Assembly: GCA_002256025.1 (NCBI GenBank)
Contig: NKIB01000342.1
Location: 1-33,577 of the forward strand
DNA from: Asterionella formosa
Lineage: Eukaryota
Length of the DNA stretch: 33,577 nt
Direction: 5' to 3'
Made by a program: the position numbers and the translations under genes. This document shows positions 1 through 12,410 of this stretch, one piece after another. The notes beneath the pieces were generated by a model. The model saw nothing but the letters and a program-made list of their open reading frames with translations, searched no databases and was not told where the DNA came from. Position 1 is the first letter of the stretch, and each line of letters begins with the position of its first letter.

Positions 1-192
1 TGATCGTGATCGTGATTCTTGTAGCAACCAATGGCGGGAAGGGATGAAGTGAATCTGCTCAAGTTGCTTGGCCCATCGAACGCGCTTCTTTCCAGCTTTG
101 TTGAACGTCGTCAAGGCTTCGGCGTCCTTGTTGATGGACCGGACAGTGAAGCTGGAGGTGGAAAGGTCCGGAGAAAGTATTTGCCGTTTCAT
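1..192 (-). CDS. 5' part of a hypothetical protein with an RVxW (PP1-docking-like) motif; runs off the window edge
   Basis: ATG at 192-190, open to position 1: MKRQILSPDLSTSSFTVRSINKDAEALTTFNKAGKKRVRWAKQLEQIHFIPSRHWLLQESRSRS. Absent from the ORF track because there is no stop inside the window. Confidence 0.6.
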   Translation of the reverse strand, partial: MKRQILSPDLSTSSFTVRSINKDAEALTTFNKAGKKRVRWAKQLEQIHFIPSRHWLLQESRSRS

Positions 193-1573
193 GATATTTT
201 GTTGATTGGGAATGGGCGGCGCGGCGGGGCATTTGTTTCGTTATGAGAAGTGAAGAAAAGAAGGAGTTCTGTTCTATTATTCGTAAACTTAGTCGTGTTT
301 CATAGCTCAACACAGGTCTTTCAGTAATGATGATACTATTATAGCAGTCACAGCACATATTTATCGTATGAACTATCAATTGTTGTTTATTGGTATGTAC
401 CATCTCTACGACGCGGCAAACAATGTGACACTCGTCCACAGGCATCAATAAGGTGGGTTTGAAGGATATAGTCCGAATTCGAATTTATTGATTGAATGAC
501 AATATGTACGTATCTATCATACCAGGTACTCAAGTGTCCGACGGGGTATGTAGAAGTGACAAATTAAATTAAGACACATGATGACGAAGCCATGACGATG
601 AGGGACCCTAACGGGTACAGCCCATTGACTCTTGGAAATGTTATTGTCAAATTAACTAGCATACCGCATCCTTGTTAATGAAGGTGAAGCTATCCTGCCA
701 ATCAGAATATGGCATGGGATAGGTGTACATATCATACTCTGTGTCCATCATAATTAAATTCAAATCTACTGGTAAATCACTCCTGCAGTCATTCGGTTTT
801 TCTGGAAATATTACTCAATTGGATGTGCAGGGTGAGGCACTGACTGGAACGGACGTGCTTCCTCGAAGAAGCCATATTTATCATACCTCGCAGACAAAGG
901 TCTGTTTCACGTAGGTCATCAATGGGTCCTGTTTTCATATCAAGAACAGTACAATGATTGAGCATGTCGCTGGAGCGATGTTCGGGACATTACAACGTCG
1001 GGAACAACCATTCTTTTGTTGCGCACTTACCGGTACGATGTCAACATTCATTACCTGAGCCATTAGATATTGGAAAAGTTCAAAACGAGGCAACTTTACC
1101 GGTAGTATGATGGAACAGCGCTAGTGCTGGGGAAGAGGGGCATACTGCACATAGGTCAGAGACATCAGTCGACAATGACGAGAGATCGAAAGTGCCTGGT
1201 ACTAGGTACTCCTACTTCCAAGCTATTGTCACTCCAACGCTCTAGACTGGTAACTATCTACACTTTACTTGAGTGAATTGTACTCCTGAGAATTAGCAGT
1301 TTTGACACTTAGTAGACAATGGTTTTGACCAGTTTCTACATCAGGCAAATGAAGGACCCGAACTACCGGTATTAGAGCATTCGTTTCATCTGGTCTTGAA
1401 TATCCTTGCATACAGGCACATGCCTGTAGCATCGCTGCACTGGAACAACTTAGCTAAGAGTAGAAAGAACAGCGAAGAGGGAAATGGTTTGCAGTCAAAC
1501 CGAAAATGTAACAAAGGCTGTCGTTTCGCATAGTAGTCCCTCCTATCGTCCTTTCTTCGTCGCGGTAGCAGCA

Positions 1574-3919
1574 TTAGCTAGCATTCTTCTTTGCTGCAAC
1601 ATTAGTTCGCTTTCTTTTCTTGTCGCCGTTCGTTGAGTTCTCCATGGTTGACTTTATCGTAGTGCAATCCAGTCGTTCGTTTGCCTCGCTAGCTGCTGCC
1701 TCGTTCTCATCTTTGCTGTCATTGGAGCTTTCCCCTTCATTGTCGTCGTCTTCGTTGTCACTTGCATCTGAGCTATCATCAGATGACTCGCCATTGGTTT
1801 GCTTTAGAACTATCTCAAAATCTTCCGCATCGTCCACATTCTCCATCTCCTCCTCCTTTAATGCACCAAACATGGCATCGTTCAAGCGTCGGTAGTCTAC
1901 ATTCTGTCGCCGTCGCTTACCATGGATGATATTGGATTCATCTAGTGCACCTGCATCCACACTCGCGGGGACTGGATTGCGTTTAGCTCGCCTACAAGGT
2001 GGGCTAGACCCTGCCGAAAGGGCATCGAGTTCATCTTTTGGAATATTGAGTTCCACACTTGACATATCTTGCGAACTCCCATCATCATCATCATCATCAT
2101 CATCATGTCTCAGTGAAGCACCTTGTGAATTGGATTCATTGGAGTGAAAATCATCGTCGTCCTCGTCGTCACTGTCACTCCCTTCACCCAAGATAGGAGC
2201 ATTGTCCGTTACGCCTTCCACTCCAAAATAGGAAGCCAGATACACCGCTGTCTCACCAGCGACATCGCCTTCCTTCCACTTCATCGCCATTTCATACTCG
2301 TTCTCCGATTCTGGAAAAACATCGCCCACATGATTCCATGAGTGAATTGTATCTGCATCCTCCAAGACCCACTCATCACCTGTGTACTCAGATTGTACAT
2401 TCGCGACTAAATTGGCCATGGTAGTACATAACGGACAAAACCAATCATCGTCGTCTACTTCACTGACCACGGGCTTCAAGCATTGCATATGATACGCTCG
2501 AAAGCATCCCTGTCCATCACACATGAGCACATCATTCTCATCTGTTGCATCTCCCTTGAAACATATGCAGCATTTCAAATCTTCCAAGGAAATCATGTCG
2601 TCATCGACATCGCCACTGTCGGTCTTGGGATCCACTGTTTGTATTAGTGCTGACTTTGGGTTGTTAGTACAATTGTTGCTATGCAATGTAACTTCTAAAG
2701 GAATCATTCCAATGGCATTAGTTGAGGGCTTGTCGAATTTGGGAACCAGTCGTCGTCTCTGAATGTCATCATCCTGTGCTAGTCCCAACGGAAACCAAAA
2801 CTTGATTTCTTCTGTATGTTCCTTCACAAATTGGTACAACGCTGGAAGTGCAACGTGTTCATCTGTCCCTTGAATGTACTTGTTTAGTGACTGAAGCCAT
2901 TGCCTAACCCTTAGTTTGGAAGTTGCCAACTTGACAAAAGTTTGACACAATTCTTGAGAGGAGAGCAACCGTACAATGGTCAATGATTGTTTATTGTTTC
3001 TGGAATTGTTGTATGCTGCCAATGTTGCTTGTGCCAATCGCAATTGCTGCATTTGTTGGGAAATACTCTTAGTAAGGCGTTGTATCGTTGAACCAAAGGC
3101 ATGTAACTTGGCATGTTTGGCACTAAATTCCCAATCCCATTCGTCCTTTGTCATGGCTCGTGGAGTGGCGGCGTTGTTGTTGTTGTTGTTAGTGTCGTCA
3201 CTGTAGTGAGGGTAAATAATATTGTTTGCTTTGGTTGTAGATGATGATGATGATGATGATTGGCATAATAAACAATGCCATTCTCCTCGGGGTATAGTTA
3301 TAAGAGGTACAAAGTGACAACGTTGATGGTACGGTCGGTTGCAAGTATCACAAAAGACAATAGTGTTACTGGCGTCGTACAGTGATTCAGGAAGTAACAG
3401 ATTGGGCAATTTTCCTTGTTTTTTGGGATCGTCTTCCTCTTGTAACAGTGCTTGACGGTCTGATTCAAAAAAGGCGGTTCGATCAGCAAAATCAACGGCA
3501 ACATGACAGAGTACGCAGCAAATAGTTTCGTCATCATCGTCATCGTCCTCCTTTGGCTTGGAACTACCACCGGTTGGTTCTTTCTGTTTCCTTTTCGATT
3601 TTAGCTTGGGACTACCGGTAGGTTCGTTCTGTTTCCTTGTCGATTTCGGCAATGGCTTCACTCCAGTTGCTTTTTTATATTTTCGTGCTACTTCATCTGC
3701 GTTGTCATGTCAAATCGGACGAGTAAAAAGTGAGTGAGTATACTGGTATACCGAATTATAGTCATTTGAAAACCCCCAAAATGGCTCGGTAACTCGTGTT
3801 TCAGCTGCACTGGCGATTCATGAGTCAAATGTGTCCCATGCTGCCAATGCGGAATCCGCAAATTATCGTTTCCTACCTGCTGCTGCTGCTGATTTGGTTC
3901 CTCTCTTTCCTTTGGCCAT
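1574..3919 (-). CDS. Double PHD-finger chromatin protein (HAT3.1/PRH-like, no homeodomain seen); 2 exons, ~721 aa
   Basis: Exons 3919-3877 (MAKGKRGTKSAAAA, then G|GTAGGA) and 3696-1574 (GCAG| acceptor) join in frame as DEVARKYKKATGVKPLP. PHD1: CVLC...FCDTCNRPYHQRC...WHCLLC. PHD2: CCICFKGDATDENDVLMCDGQGCFRAYHMQCLKP...WFCPLC, followed by WNHVGDVFPE, an acidic tract and KRRRQNVDYRRLND, all reminiscent of plant PRH/HAT3.1. Confidence 0.9.
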
Positions 3920-4376
3920 TATTTATCAGATGGAATGATTATTTATGCTGGATATGTCAATATTGAATTGAATTGAATTGAATTGTTTCGTCTTTCTTAG
4001 TTGATGACGAACAAAGCAAAGCCATGGACGAATAAGCAAGGCTAGACTAGGTACCGGTAGTGGTGTATGTAGCAAAGTAAGTGAATTTTTATGTGATGGC
4101 GGACGATGACCACAAAATTTGTTGCTCGCGCCATTCTGTTTCAAGTTCGCGCGGGCCTTTTCGGGTGCATACGTATGTACGTACTGATACTTTCTGACGA
4201 CTGCTGCACGAATCACGTACCATATGTGTATGTAGGAGTATGACTCCGTACCTGGGTAGCCAACATTGCAATAGTGGAACAGTTCCAACAAGAATACACA
4301 CAAAAGGTCCCATTGCACTCGAGTCGAAATTTGCTAGAAGGCATTTTGCACGTTTAGCTTTATTTTACTTTAGCCT

Positions 4377-7300
4377 TTAGTGTAATTTAGATAGTAGCTC
4401 ATGCAAGGCTTCTGACATGGTCCCGTCAAGTTGATCCTTGACGACCTCATAGCAAAAGCTAGCAGACCCCCGTAACTCCAAAAGATGCTCGTCCATCCGC
4501 AGATGCAACAGAGTAGTTAGCAGACTGTCTGCCAATGCATCGAGGCAGGGGTCAGCAAAAGTCTTTGCTCGACATTGTAGCAATGCAGTCACTGTCAAGG
4601 TCCTACGTAGCATTTGGACGTCATTGCACGAAACCCTCCCTACCGGAAAGAGCGTCAGAAGGAATGCAAGGACTTCGTGAATGTCATTTTTCTCCATATC
4701 AAGAATCTCGCTCATGTATTCGGTATCTTCTTCCTTCCGCTGATGCTTTGCCAAGTCCTCGGGAGGCAATGTAGAATACCCCTTGCGAACACGAACATGC
4801 TCGTACACTGGTCCGTAGTTTATAAAGATCTCATGCTGAGAATCATCTGCTGGTAATGAAAAGAAAGTACTGCCGTCTGCCACACCAAGGAGGTAGTGCA
4901 CATTTCCCTCAGGATCATGCTCTGCTTTCACCGAAGCAACAGAATCTGGTCCGCATTCATTGACATAGGCTGGAATGTGTGATTTGGCTAGTTCATGGAG
5001 ATTGCCAGTTTCATCGTCGGTAATGTCAAATTGCAAGCCAGACTCGATTGTATCAAATGCCCACTCTTCACATTTAAGATTGTGAATATAATTCTTCACT
5101 AAAAAAACAGTTGCGTGTTTGCGGTCTTCTTTGCGAAATGGAGCATACACACCTATATCTAAGATCTCACCGGGTGCTAACACAAATGTGTCGGCCCCTG
5201 AAAAGGAAACGCAACTGACAAAGACCCCATAACCAGCATTGGGAATACCTGAGATCCTTGCCGAAAAGGTAAGTTGAAAGCCTCGAACGACCATGGTAAG
5301 TCGGGGAAGTTGATGATTGCCGTCCATCTGACTAACGAGTTCTTCAATTCTCATTTCTGGAGTGATCCAAGACCACCGATTTGCCATGACGGCGTTTTGA
5401 ATGTCATGGAACAGGCTGGTCGTTCCTGGGCAAGCACTCAATTTCTGATCATAATTGTTGCATCCACCCAACGCCCATGGTAGTGATAGCTTAGCAAGCG
5501 TAGGAATGCGCGATCCGCAGCGATTTCGGACTGTGTTTGCCAGAGTCCTGGATCGATCATCAAATACAACAGTAAATTGATAAAATGAATTGTCCATATC
5601 ATTTCGCTCACATTCTGTGACAGTCCCATAGACAATCTTGTTCTGACCGTCTAAATCTGTCCACTCTTGACAGTACCTAAGGCCTACAAGGAAGTGATCA
5701 TTCTCCTTTCGCAGGATTGACGCCCCAATTTGACGATAGAACGCATCTCGAATGCTATCCCAATCATCCCACTTTTGTCCGCACTTATAGAGGACTTCCT
5801 CGAGAGAACCAAACGTTCTTCCTGTAGGAGACACAAGTCGAAGGCCAATAAGTGAGTCGAGCGACTCTTCAGCTTTCACCTTGGAATTGCAAAACACAAA
5901 ACGCCACCCGGCTTGTAAACCAGCTGCAGCTTGTGCTTTCTGTGCCAATGGAATACGAGCACACATCTGTAAAGAGGATGTGAAAAATCCATTAGGGGTT
6001 GAAATACAATGCAGGATTTGAATTGATGTTAGATTGAAGCATTTTAAACCTTTACCTTTCGAAGACAAACTTCCATATCAAGCGGGCTTGTTGCAGAATC
6101 ACGGCTACGGCAGGTTTCACATCGGCCGCAATTTTCTGATTGGCAAAGGGAGCATTTGTTGCATCTTTTTTGAAACAACATGGCAGGCGAATATACAATG
6201 ACAGGAGCATCGTCTTTACTTCCTTGCTGATAGTAGGCATCTCGACGTTTTTGAAAATGCGATGGTATTGGAGGAGGCATTATTCCTGTTCCCTCATGAT
6301 ACTCTGCTTCAGTGTACATGTTGAGAATATTCCCCTTTGTCCATTCTCCGATATTTTGAATAATATCACCATCATCAAATTCCACCTACATTTATATATA
6401 AATATATATGCATATGTACAGATATTGTGTGCGTTCGTGTAGCATATTCGAGATAGGGACAGAAAGGGAGAGAGGGAAGACCATGTTGGTGAAATCATCT
6501 TGAACAAAAATTGTAAAATACAAAGCAAGAGAAGCACCTTCATCCAACTTACCGTATATCGAGGAGACTTGCTGGTAGTATTGTTGTCCATCATGACAAC
6601 ATTTGTAATCATTCCCCAATAAAAATTTCCATTTTTCGGCCACCTACAATATACGCGAGACCCAATTTCTCTAATATTTGTCGTCGTAGTGGTGGTGACA
6701 TCATCCTTAAAACTAATATTCGACTCATGATTTGTGTGTTTCAGGGTAGTAGTATTAGTGGTAGTAGTATCGATTGATGGAGATTGTGGCAGTAGTAGTA
6801 GTGATGGGTCCACAATAACAAGATCTTCTTCTTTTGTGGCTCCCAAGTGTGAATAGAGTAATGATAGATCCATGCCTTTGAATGTATCATCATCAATATC
6901 ATTATTCTCATAATCATTCAATGACCAATAGCAATTGCCATTCGGTGAAACAATTGTAAGCCCCGACTTGTTTGCGCAGGATTCCATACTAGGGTCTTGA
7001 AAACAAAAGCCCCACCCTTGTGGAAATCCAGGTATCGGTTGTACTCTTCGACCATGGTCAAAATTGCAACAAATCTGTTGTTTATGTATAAATAAATTTA
7101 TTGTATTGTCATCGGCATGAAGGAGCATTATTTATAAGAAAAATACAGCAAATATCAACATGCAAAATAATTAAGCAAAACATGCAAACAACAAAAAAAA
7201 ACATACCTTTTGTAAGCAAACTGGTTTCCATCCAATCCAAGTCATAGTAGTCCCTGTTGTGTAAACATTACGACAGGTCCAACATGCTTGACAATCTGGC

Positions 7301-7812
7301 TTTCGACAGGTATAACATTTTCCACAACGGAATCTTCGAAGTTCTTCCAAACTGGATCCAACGCTTCGTTTGGATCGGCCAGTATTATTTTTATTACTAG
7401 CGAAAGTGGAAGTACAACTAGCAGCGGTGGAGGTAGTAGTGGAAGTGGAAGTAGATGTAGTATTGTCTAACTCATTGTGCTTATTGTTGTCCATCTTGCT
7501 GTACCATGTACCGTAGCGAATGCGTTTGGTTGGAGATGCCAATACCTCTACAGTGGCCGTAGTATCATTGGTGGTAGTATCAGTATCAGTAGCAGTAGCA
7601 GTATCATGGATACTAGGACCGCAATGATGTTTGCCGACTTGCATTCTTTCGTTTTGCTGTTCGCCCAATTCCTTCCCTGAGTCCAGTGTAATTACTGGAT
7701 CCTTTGGAAGATGGTGGTCCATTACTCCTACTATCATGCATTGCGCAATGGTCTCATTTTCACCATTGCCATTGTCGTTGTCGTTGGCAGTGGTAACGAT
7801 GCCGGCTTCCAT
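4377..7812 (-). CDS. Multidomain chromatin protein: zf-CXXC, MBD-like, Tudor-like, zf-CXXC, MBD-like, divergent SET-like domain; 4 exons, ~1015 aa
   Basis: Exons 7812-7207, 7074-6553, 6385-6056 and 5966-4377 with three phase-0 GT-AG introns (AAG|GTATGT..CAG|ATT; ACG|GTAAGT..TAG|GTG; AAG|GTAAAG..CAG|ATG). CXXC1 RCGKCYTCRKPDCQACWTC...CLQKIC; CXXC2 RCNKCSLCQSENCGRCETC...CLRKMC; Tudor-like EIGSRVYCRWPKNGNFYWGMI...YTVEFDDGD; MBD-like PQGW...IVSPNGNCYWS and QAGW...LVSPTGRTFGSLEEV; SET-like SGIPNAGYGVF...AYVNE...EIFINYG. Confidence 0.85.
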
Positions 7813-10295
7813 CTTTTGATGTGTCGTATACTATGACCGACAGCAATTTAAAGGGGGCGGAGCCATGCATGATTTGAAGGAGACTGTGCGCTATTATTTT
7901 CGACGACACAGACAGTACGTATTGAGCAATACATACGTGTGCCGTATGGTACCAGGTACATACCGGTACTGGAAGTACAAAGGTCAACATTTCTTATATT
8001 CGTATGTACCAATGCACAGTGAGGGGTCCTGCATGAAAACCTCTCCTGCAGCTCGAACTAGGGTTAAACTAATAATATTGATTCAAAGAAATCAAACAGA
8101 AATTTTCTTCAGTACCGGTAAAACAATACATGTACCAGTATGAATATATCATCACTATCTGCTAATTCTACATACCATTTAACACCCCTTCCATATGCTT
8201 ACCAGTAGATACAGTCATCATTGGTCAAAGTATGAACATAGGTCAACTCTTTCTAATGTCAGGATGTAGGATCATCTAGCGAAAATGTGCCAGAAGGAAC
8301 TTCGGTTCTTTTACAACGCTAAATAACTAGAAATTTCGGGGCCAAACAGTTTCTTTGGCATAGTAAAAAGCCAAAGTTCCATTCTACAGCTTCTCTCCAA
8401 CATATTATAGAATATTGTTAGAATAATCTGTATCGAATTTTTTACCCAAGTTCAAGATCATAGCAGGGGTTTCAGTGCAGGAACCTTAATAAGCACACAA
8501 TAAAATTAAGGAATAAAGCAAAACATTCCTGTTACTCTACATTTTACTTGTTGTCTGCTACCTGCAAGTTGCAGTAAAATTTGCTGAAATGGACAATGTG
8601 TCGCAGGACAGGTGCTCAAAAAGATATCACAACTTGTTTGTGATGTAGGTTTTACAAAAAGTATTTTGTTTAAACGCGAAAACATCACATTGCTGAAAAA
8701 AGAAAATGACAATGACTGGTGCAATAGAGGGTCAACTAGAAGCAAAAGAAAGCAAGTCTTGCTTACTTTGCTTTATTCCCTCCAAAGCAATTCAAAATTG
8801 TTCTCCTTTTGATGCTGAAGTGGCTGATGAAAACAAACAATAATGAATGGTTCTTTATCAATTAGGATTTGAATATTCGCATGCTAGTGTCACCATACTA
8901 TAACTAAAATAACATACCACTGTAGGCATGCTGGCTGGACTCATGCTGCTCAGGGTACTGGTGGTACTACCTGAGGCAGCACACCTAAGCAGCACTGCTT
9001 GTATATAATTTTTTAGCTTCGATGATTTGATTCTTTTGTATTGATTATATATATCCCAGTAAAACTACAGAGTACAGTGCAGTTGTCATGGCTGAGTGGC
9101 TGGAGAATTTATTGTCTCAGCCTTGATTATGACAAAAATAACAAAAATCTCCATGAAAAATGAGAATGACGCTTTGCTATTTGGTACACATATTAAACAT
9201 GATAGAAAAAACATTTATAAAAGAATAGTTGTGATAACATAAATATTGAAAACGAAAATTGAAAAAGCCAGCGGGGGCGCATTTTTTAATGAAATTTGAA
9301 GATCACAATTGAAAATGACCATGTTATGAGCAGATTTGACACTAACACATAGTAGATGTACAACGACTAGTAGCTACAACAACAGCAAAACAATACCATT
9401 ATTGATTAAGAAGCAAAGATGTGAATAGTTATTGACATGACGGTATATATATATATATAGGTTGTGTACCACATGTTTATTGAACCAAGGCCAGGCAAAT
9501 GTCCATTTTCTTTTAGTACATAAGAAGAAACATATGGTAGACGAACACCAGTCAGCACGCGATTTGTTGTACATACTACCATACAATGCCGTTAAAATGT
9601 ATAGACAACACATACCGGTACACCATTATGTGTGTGCCCGGTACTCCGAGGACCAAGGTACCAGGTACCAGTTACGAGGGAACACTCCGATTAGCAGGGA
9701 CGGGGTACCAAGTACCACTCCGGAGTACCAGGTAGCTGCAAGGAACAACGAATTCATTGTTGTTCCAACATAGAAATTTACAAATTGTCAAAATATGAGA
9801 ACAGTTATTACTTTAACTTGAAGTTCACAACGATAAGCATGCACCTCCTATTTTCCGGTGGTGCCGCCTACATAGCAACCGGTAGCTGTTCGAAGGCTGT
9901 GGGGAAGGTGACGTGGAGTCTTTGAGTGAAGTTCTCGTGAGCGAAGCAACCATGATAGTACGTGGTACCAGCATACCATCCGTGATAAAATTTGGCGGTG
10001 CCGTGGCACTTAGCAGTGCCCTGGTACCTGTTACCAGGTACTACTACTCCTAGTAAGGTTCTGAACATCGTGGTACTGCATTCCGCGGACCTCATGTTTC
10101 CATGATTCAATGTGAAAGCATTTGGATATAACTGATCATCGTTTATATACGAGCATCGACAGGTCTTTAGAATCCGCAATGCGAAGGGTGCACAAATGTG
10201 AAACGAACAAGGCAATCTTTCCACCGACAGCGAACCATCTTCACACGAAGCAAGGACAACAAAAAGCCCATACCGACGCATTACAAGAACCAATC

Positions 10296-11531
10296 ATGTC
10301 AGCGTTTTCTGTGACTGCTCCTCGATTCGATCGCCGCGATCTGGCAGCAGAATTCAATGAGCTATCTCCCAGTCAGAAAAAGGCTGCTCAGAGGGATCTA
10401 TACGGCCTTACCAAAGCGATCAAAGAGAATGCCACCATGCAACACGCAGCCCTTCAAGGACTGTCACTAGCACTTGACGAAATACAAGACAAGCATGCCT
10501 TTCTTCAAGCACTTGAGCAATGTCCTCAACATGCTCAGAACGATCAGTTTACGCTATCGTTTCTGAGGGCAGATGCCTTTGACGCCAAACGAGCTTCTAG
10601 TCGACTTGTCCAATACTGGGAAGAAAAGCTCAAACTGTTTGGACCTTTGAAAACGTTTCGGCCACTGACCATCAATGATTTAGAACCGCAAGATCTAGCT
10701 ACCCTCCGTGATGGTGGGTTGCGCATTTTGCCTGGAAAGGATAGTGCTGGTCGAGGACTCTTGTACTGTGATGCAACAAAATGGTCACGAGATAGAGATT
10801 CAATGGTAAGTTGTTGTTGTGTGTGTGTGTGTCGATATGCATCTGGTTCTTGAGCCGAAAACATTAAAGAAACAAAAACCAACAAACTTTGGATAATGCT
10901 ACTTCTTTATTGCTATTAGATACGAATTCTATGGTACGTGGTTCATTCAAATCTTTATGATGAAGAGATCCAGAAAAATGGGCTTGTTATGGTTACGATT
11001 AGCCACGTACAATTCAATCTTCAACATTTTGATCGAAAGCTGGTGAGTCCTTGAGTGCGGAGCTCTATTTTGTCCACTTTGATTACCGGTATTTCCCTCA
11101 TGATGCACACGAGATGCAAAACAAACATGATAGCTTACGCCTCTACATCATTTCAGAACAATCGAATGATGGATCACTGCCGCATGATTTTACCATTCAA
11201 AATCTGTGGAGTTCATCTTTTAATAAAGAGTCACGTCATCGAACTGGCTTTACCATTTCTTTTGCACGCAATGGGCAAGAATCTAAGGGCTCGCTTTCGG
11301 ATTCATGAAGCAGCAGCGGCCAAACAGTGTATGGCCGATCTCAAGGAGTATGGAATATCTTCACAGCAGCTGCCAATTGAGATTGGAGGGACGCTGGACA
11401 GAAACTCTCAGCAACAATGGATCCATAATAGACTATTGCAAGAGGGGCATTCCTCGGTAGGGATCCCCACAAGATCTAGAAGTCCACCAAGACCTGATGC
11501 GATGCAATGTCATCTCTCAAGGGCTGCTTGA
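10296..11531 (+). CDS. CRAL-TRIO/Sec14-like lipid-binding domain protein; 3 exons, ~335 aa
   Basis: Exons 10296-10805 (ATG|GTAAGT), 10920-11042 (TAG| ... CTG|GTGAGT) and 11157-11531 (TTTCAG|), all phase 0. Motifs FLRADAFDAKRASSRLVQYW, GKDSAGRGL, QKNGLVMV, PFKICGVH, LRARFRIH, LKEYGISSQQLPIEIGG. Confidence 0.85.
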
Positions 11532-12410
11532 TGATTAGTGCAAGTTTGATTGATTATTGGTGTGTATTAGAATCCAACATGAATGGCATCTGTGGTGGAA
11601 GTTTGTAATTGTGTCAAGCTCCAGTAGGCGGCATGATAATAAGTGGGAAAAAGATACGTTCTCCGTGCATTTACACGACAGTGAAATAATGCCATATACA
11701 GTATTTTGTAACAACGAATTTCTCACCTATAAGCCATCATCAGCTAGATGCCTTTACGTAGACGCATATCATCTTTGGCATTCCACATAAGAGGGAAATG
11801 AAGCTAAAATTCTCAACGTTAAGGGTGTTGCAGTACAAGTAATACAGTTCCATGTCTTGTTTACTTCAAGCGTCGCGGCCACAAGTACGAGTGACTACCG
11901 GTATGCATGCTGGTATGCTATCAGAAACCCTCCTTCCCAATATGCTACCAGTACTATACAGTACAGTATGGTTGGATGGATGGTGCATGTACGCACAAAC
12001 ATCAGGTGAATTTCCCGGAAGTTGAATGCAAATTATACTTTCTAGTACCGCAGTAGAATTGATTCCGATGGTAAGTTAAATAATGCACCAAAGAATTGAT
12101 GAATTGGAATTTGCTTTCGATGTTGCTCCGGAGAAACGCCAGCAACAAGAGTTTGTTGTCATGTTTGGGCAGATACATAGTACAACAAACACTTGCTTAA
12201 AAATAGGCAAATAGGAGCGGGCTAGGTAAGATGAATGATGAAGCCTGATAGTATAATATAGCATAGATTTATTATTACTTCCCCTTAAATTTACTATTTA
12301 GCAAGTATTCTTACATCTTCAATGACACAGCAATCCAAATTCAATCCCACTACCGGTATTGTGGTCCAATAAATCAAGGATCTGACCAACCTAGTCCAAA
12401 CCACGGATGA

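Noticed and set aside
2080..2106. (CAT)n microsatellite
   Set aside because: Simply encodes the poly-Asp tract of the PHD protein.
1574..7812. Five separate prokaryote-style ORFs forming an operon
   Set aside because: Canonical introns join them into two eukaryotic genes, and some junctions fall inside domains.
8276..8310. Weak similarity to 28145-28172 (CTAGCGA...TGCCAGAA..AACTT)
   Set aside because: Too short and gapped to call a shared repeat by eye.
10122..10295. TTG-initiated N-terminal extension of the CRAL-TRIO ORF
   Set aside because: Eukaryotic gene; ATG 10296 in a CAATC-ATG context is the more plausible start, though ATG 10179 cannot be excluded.
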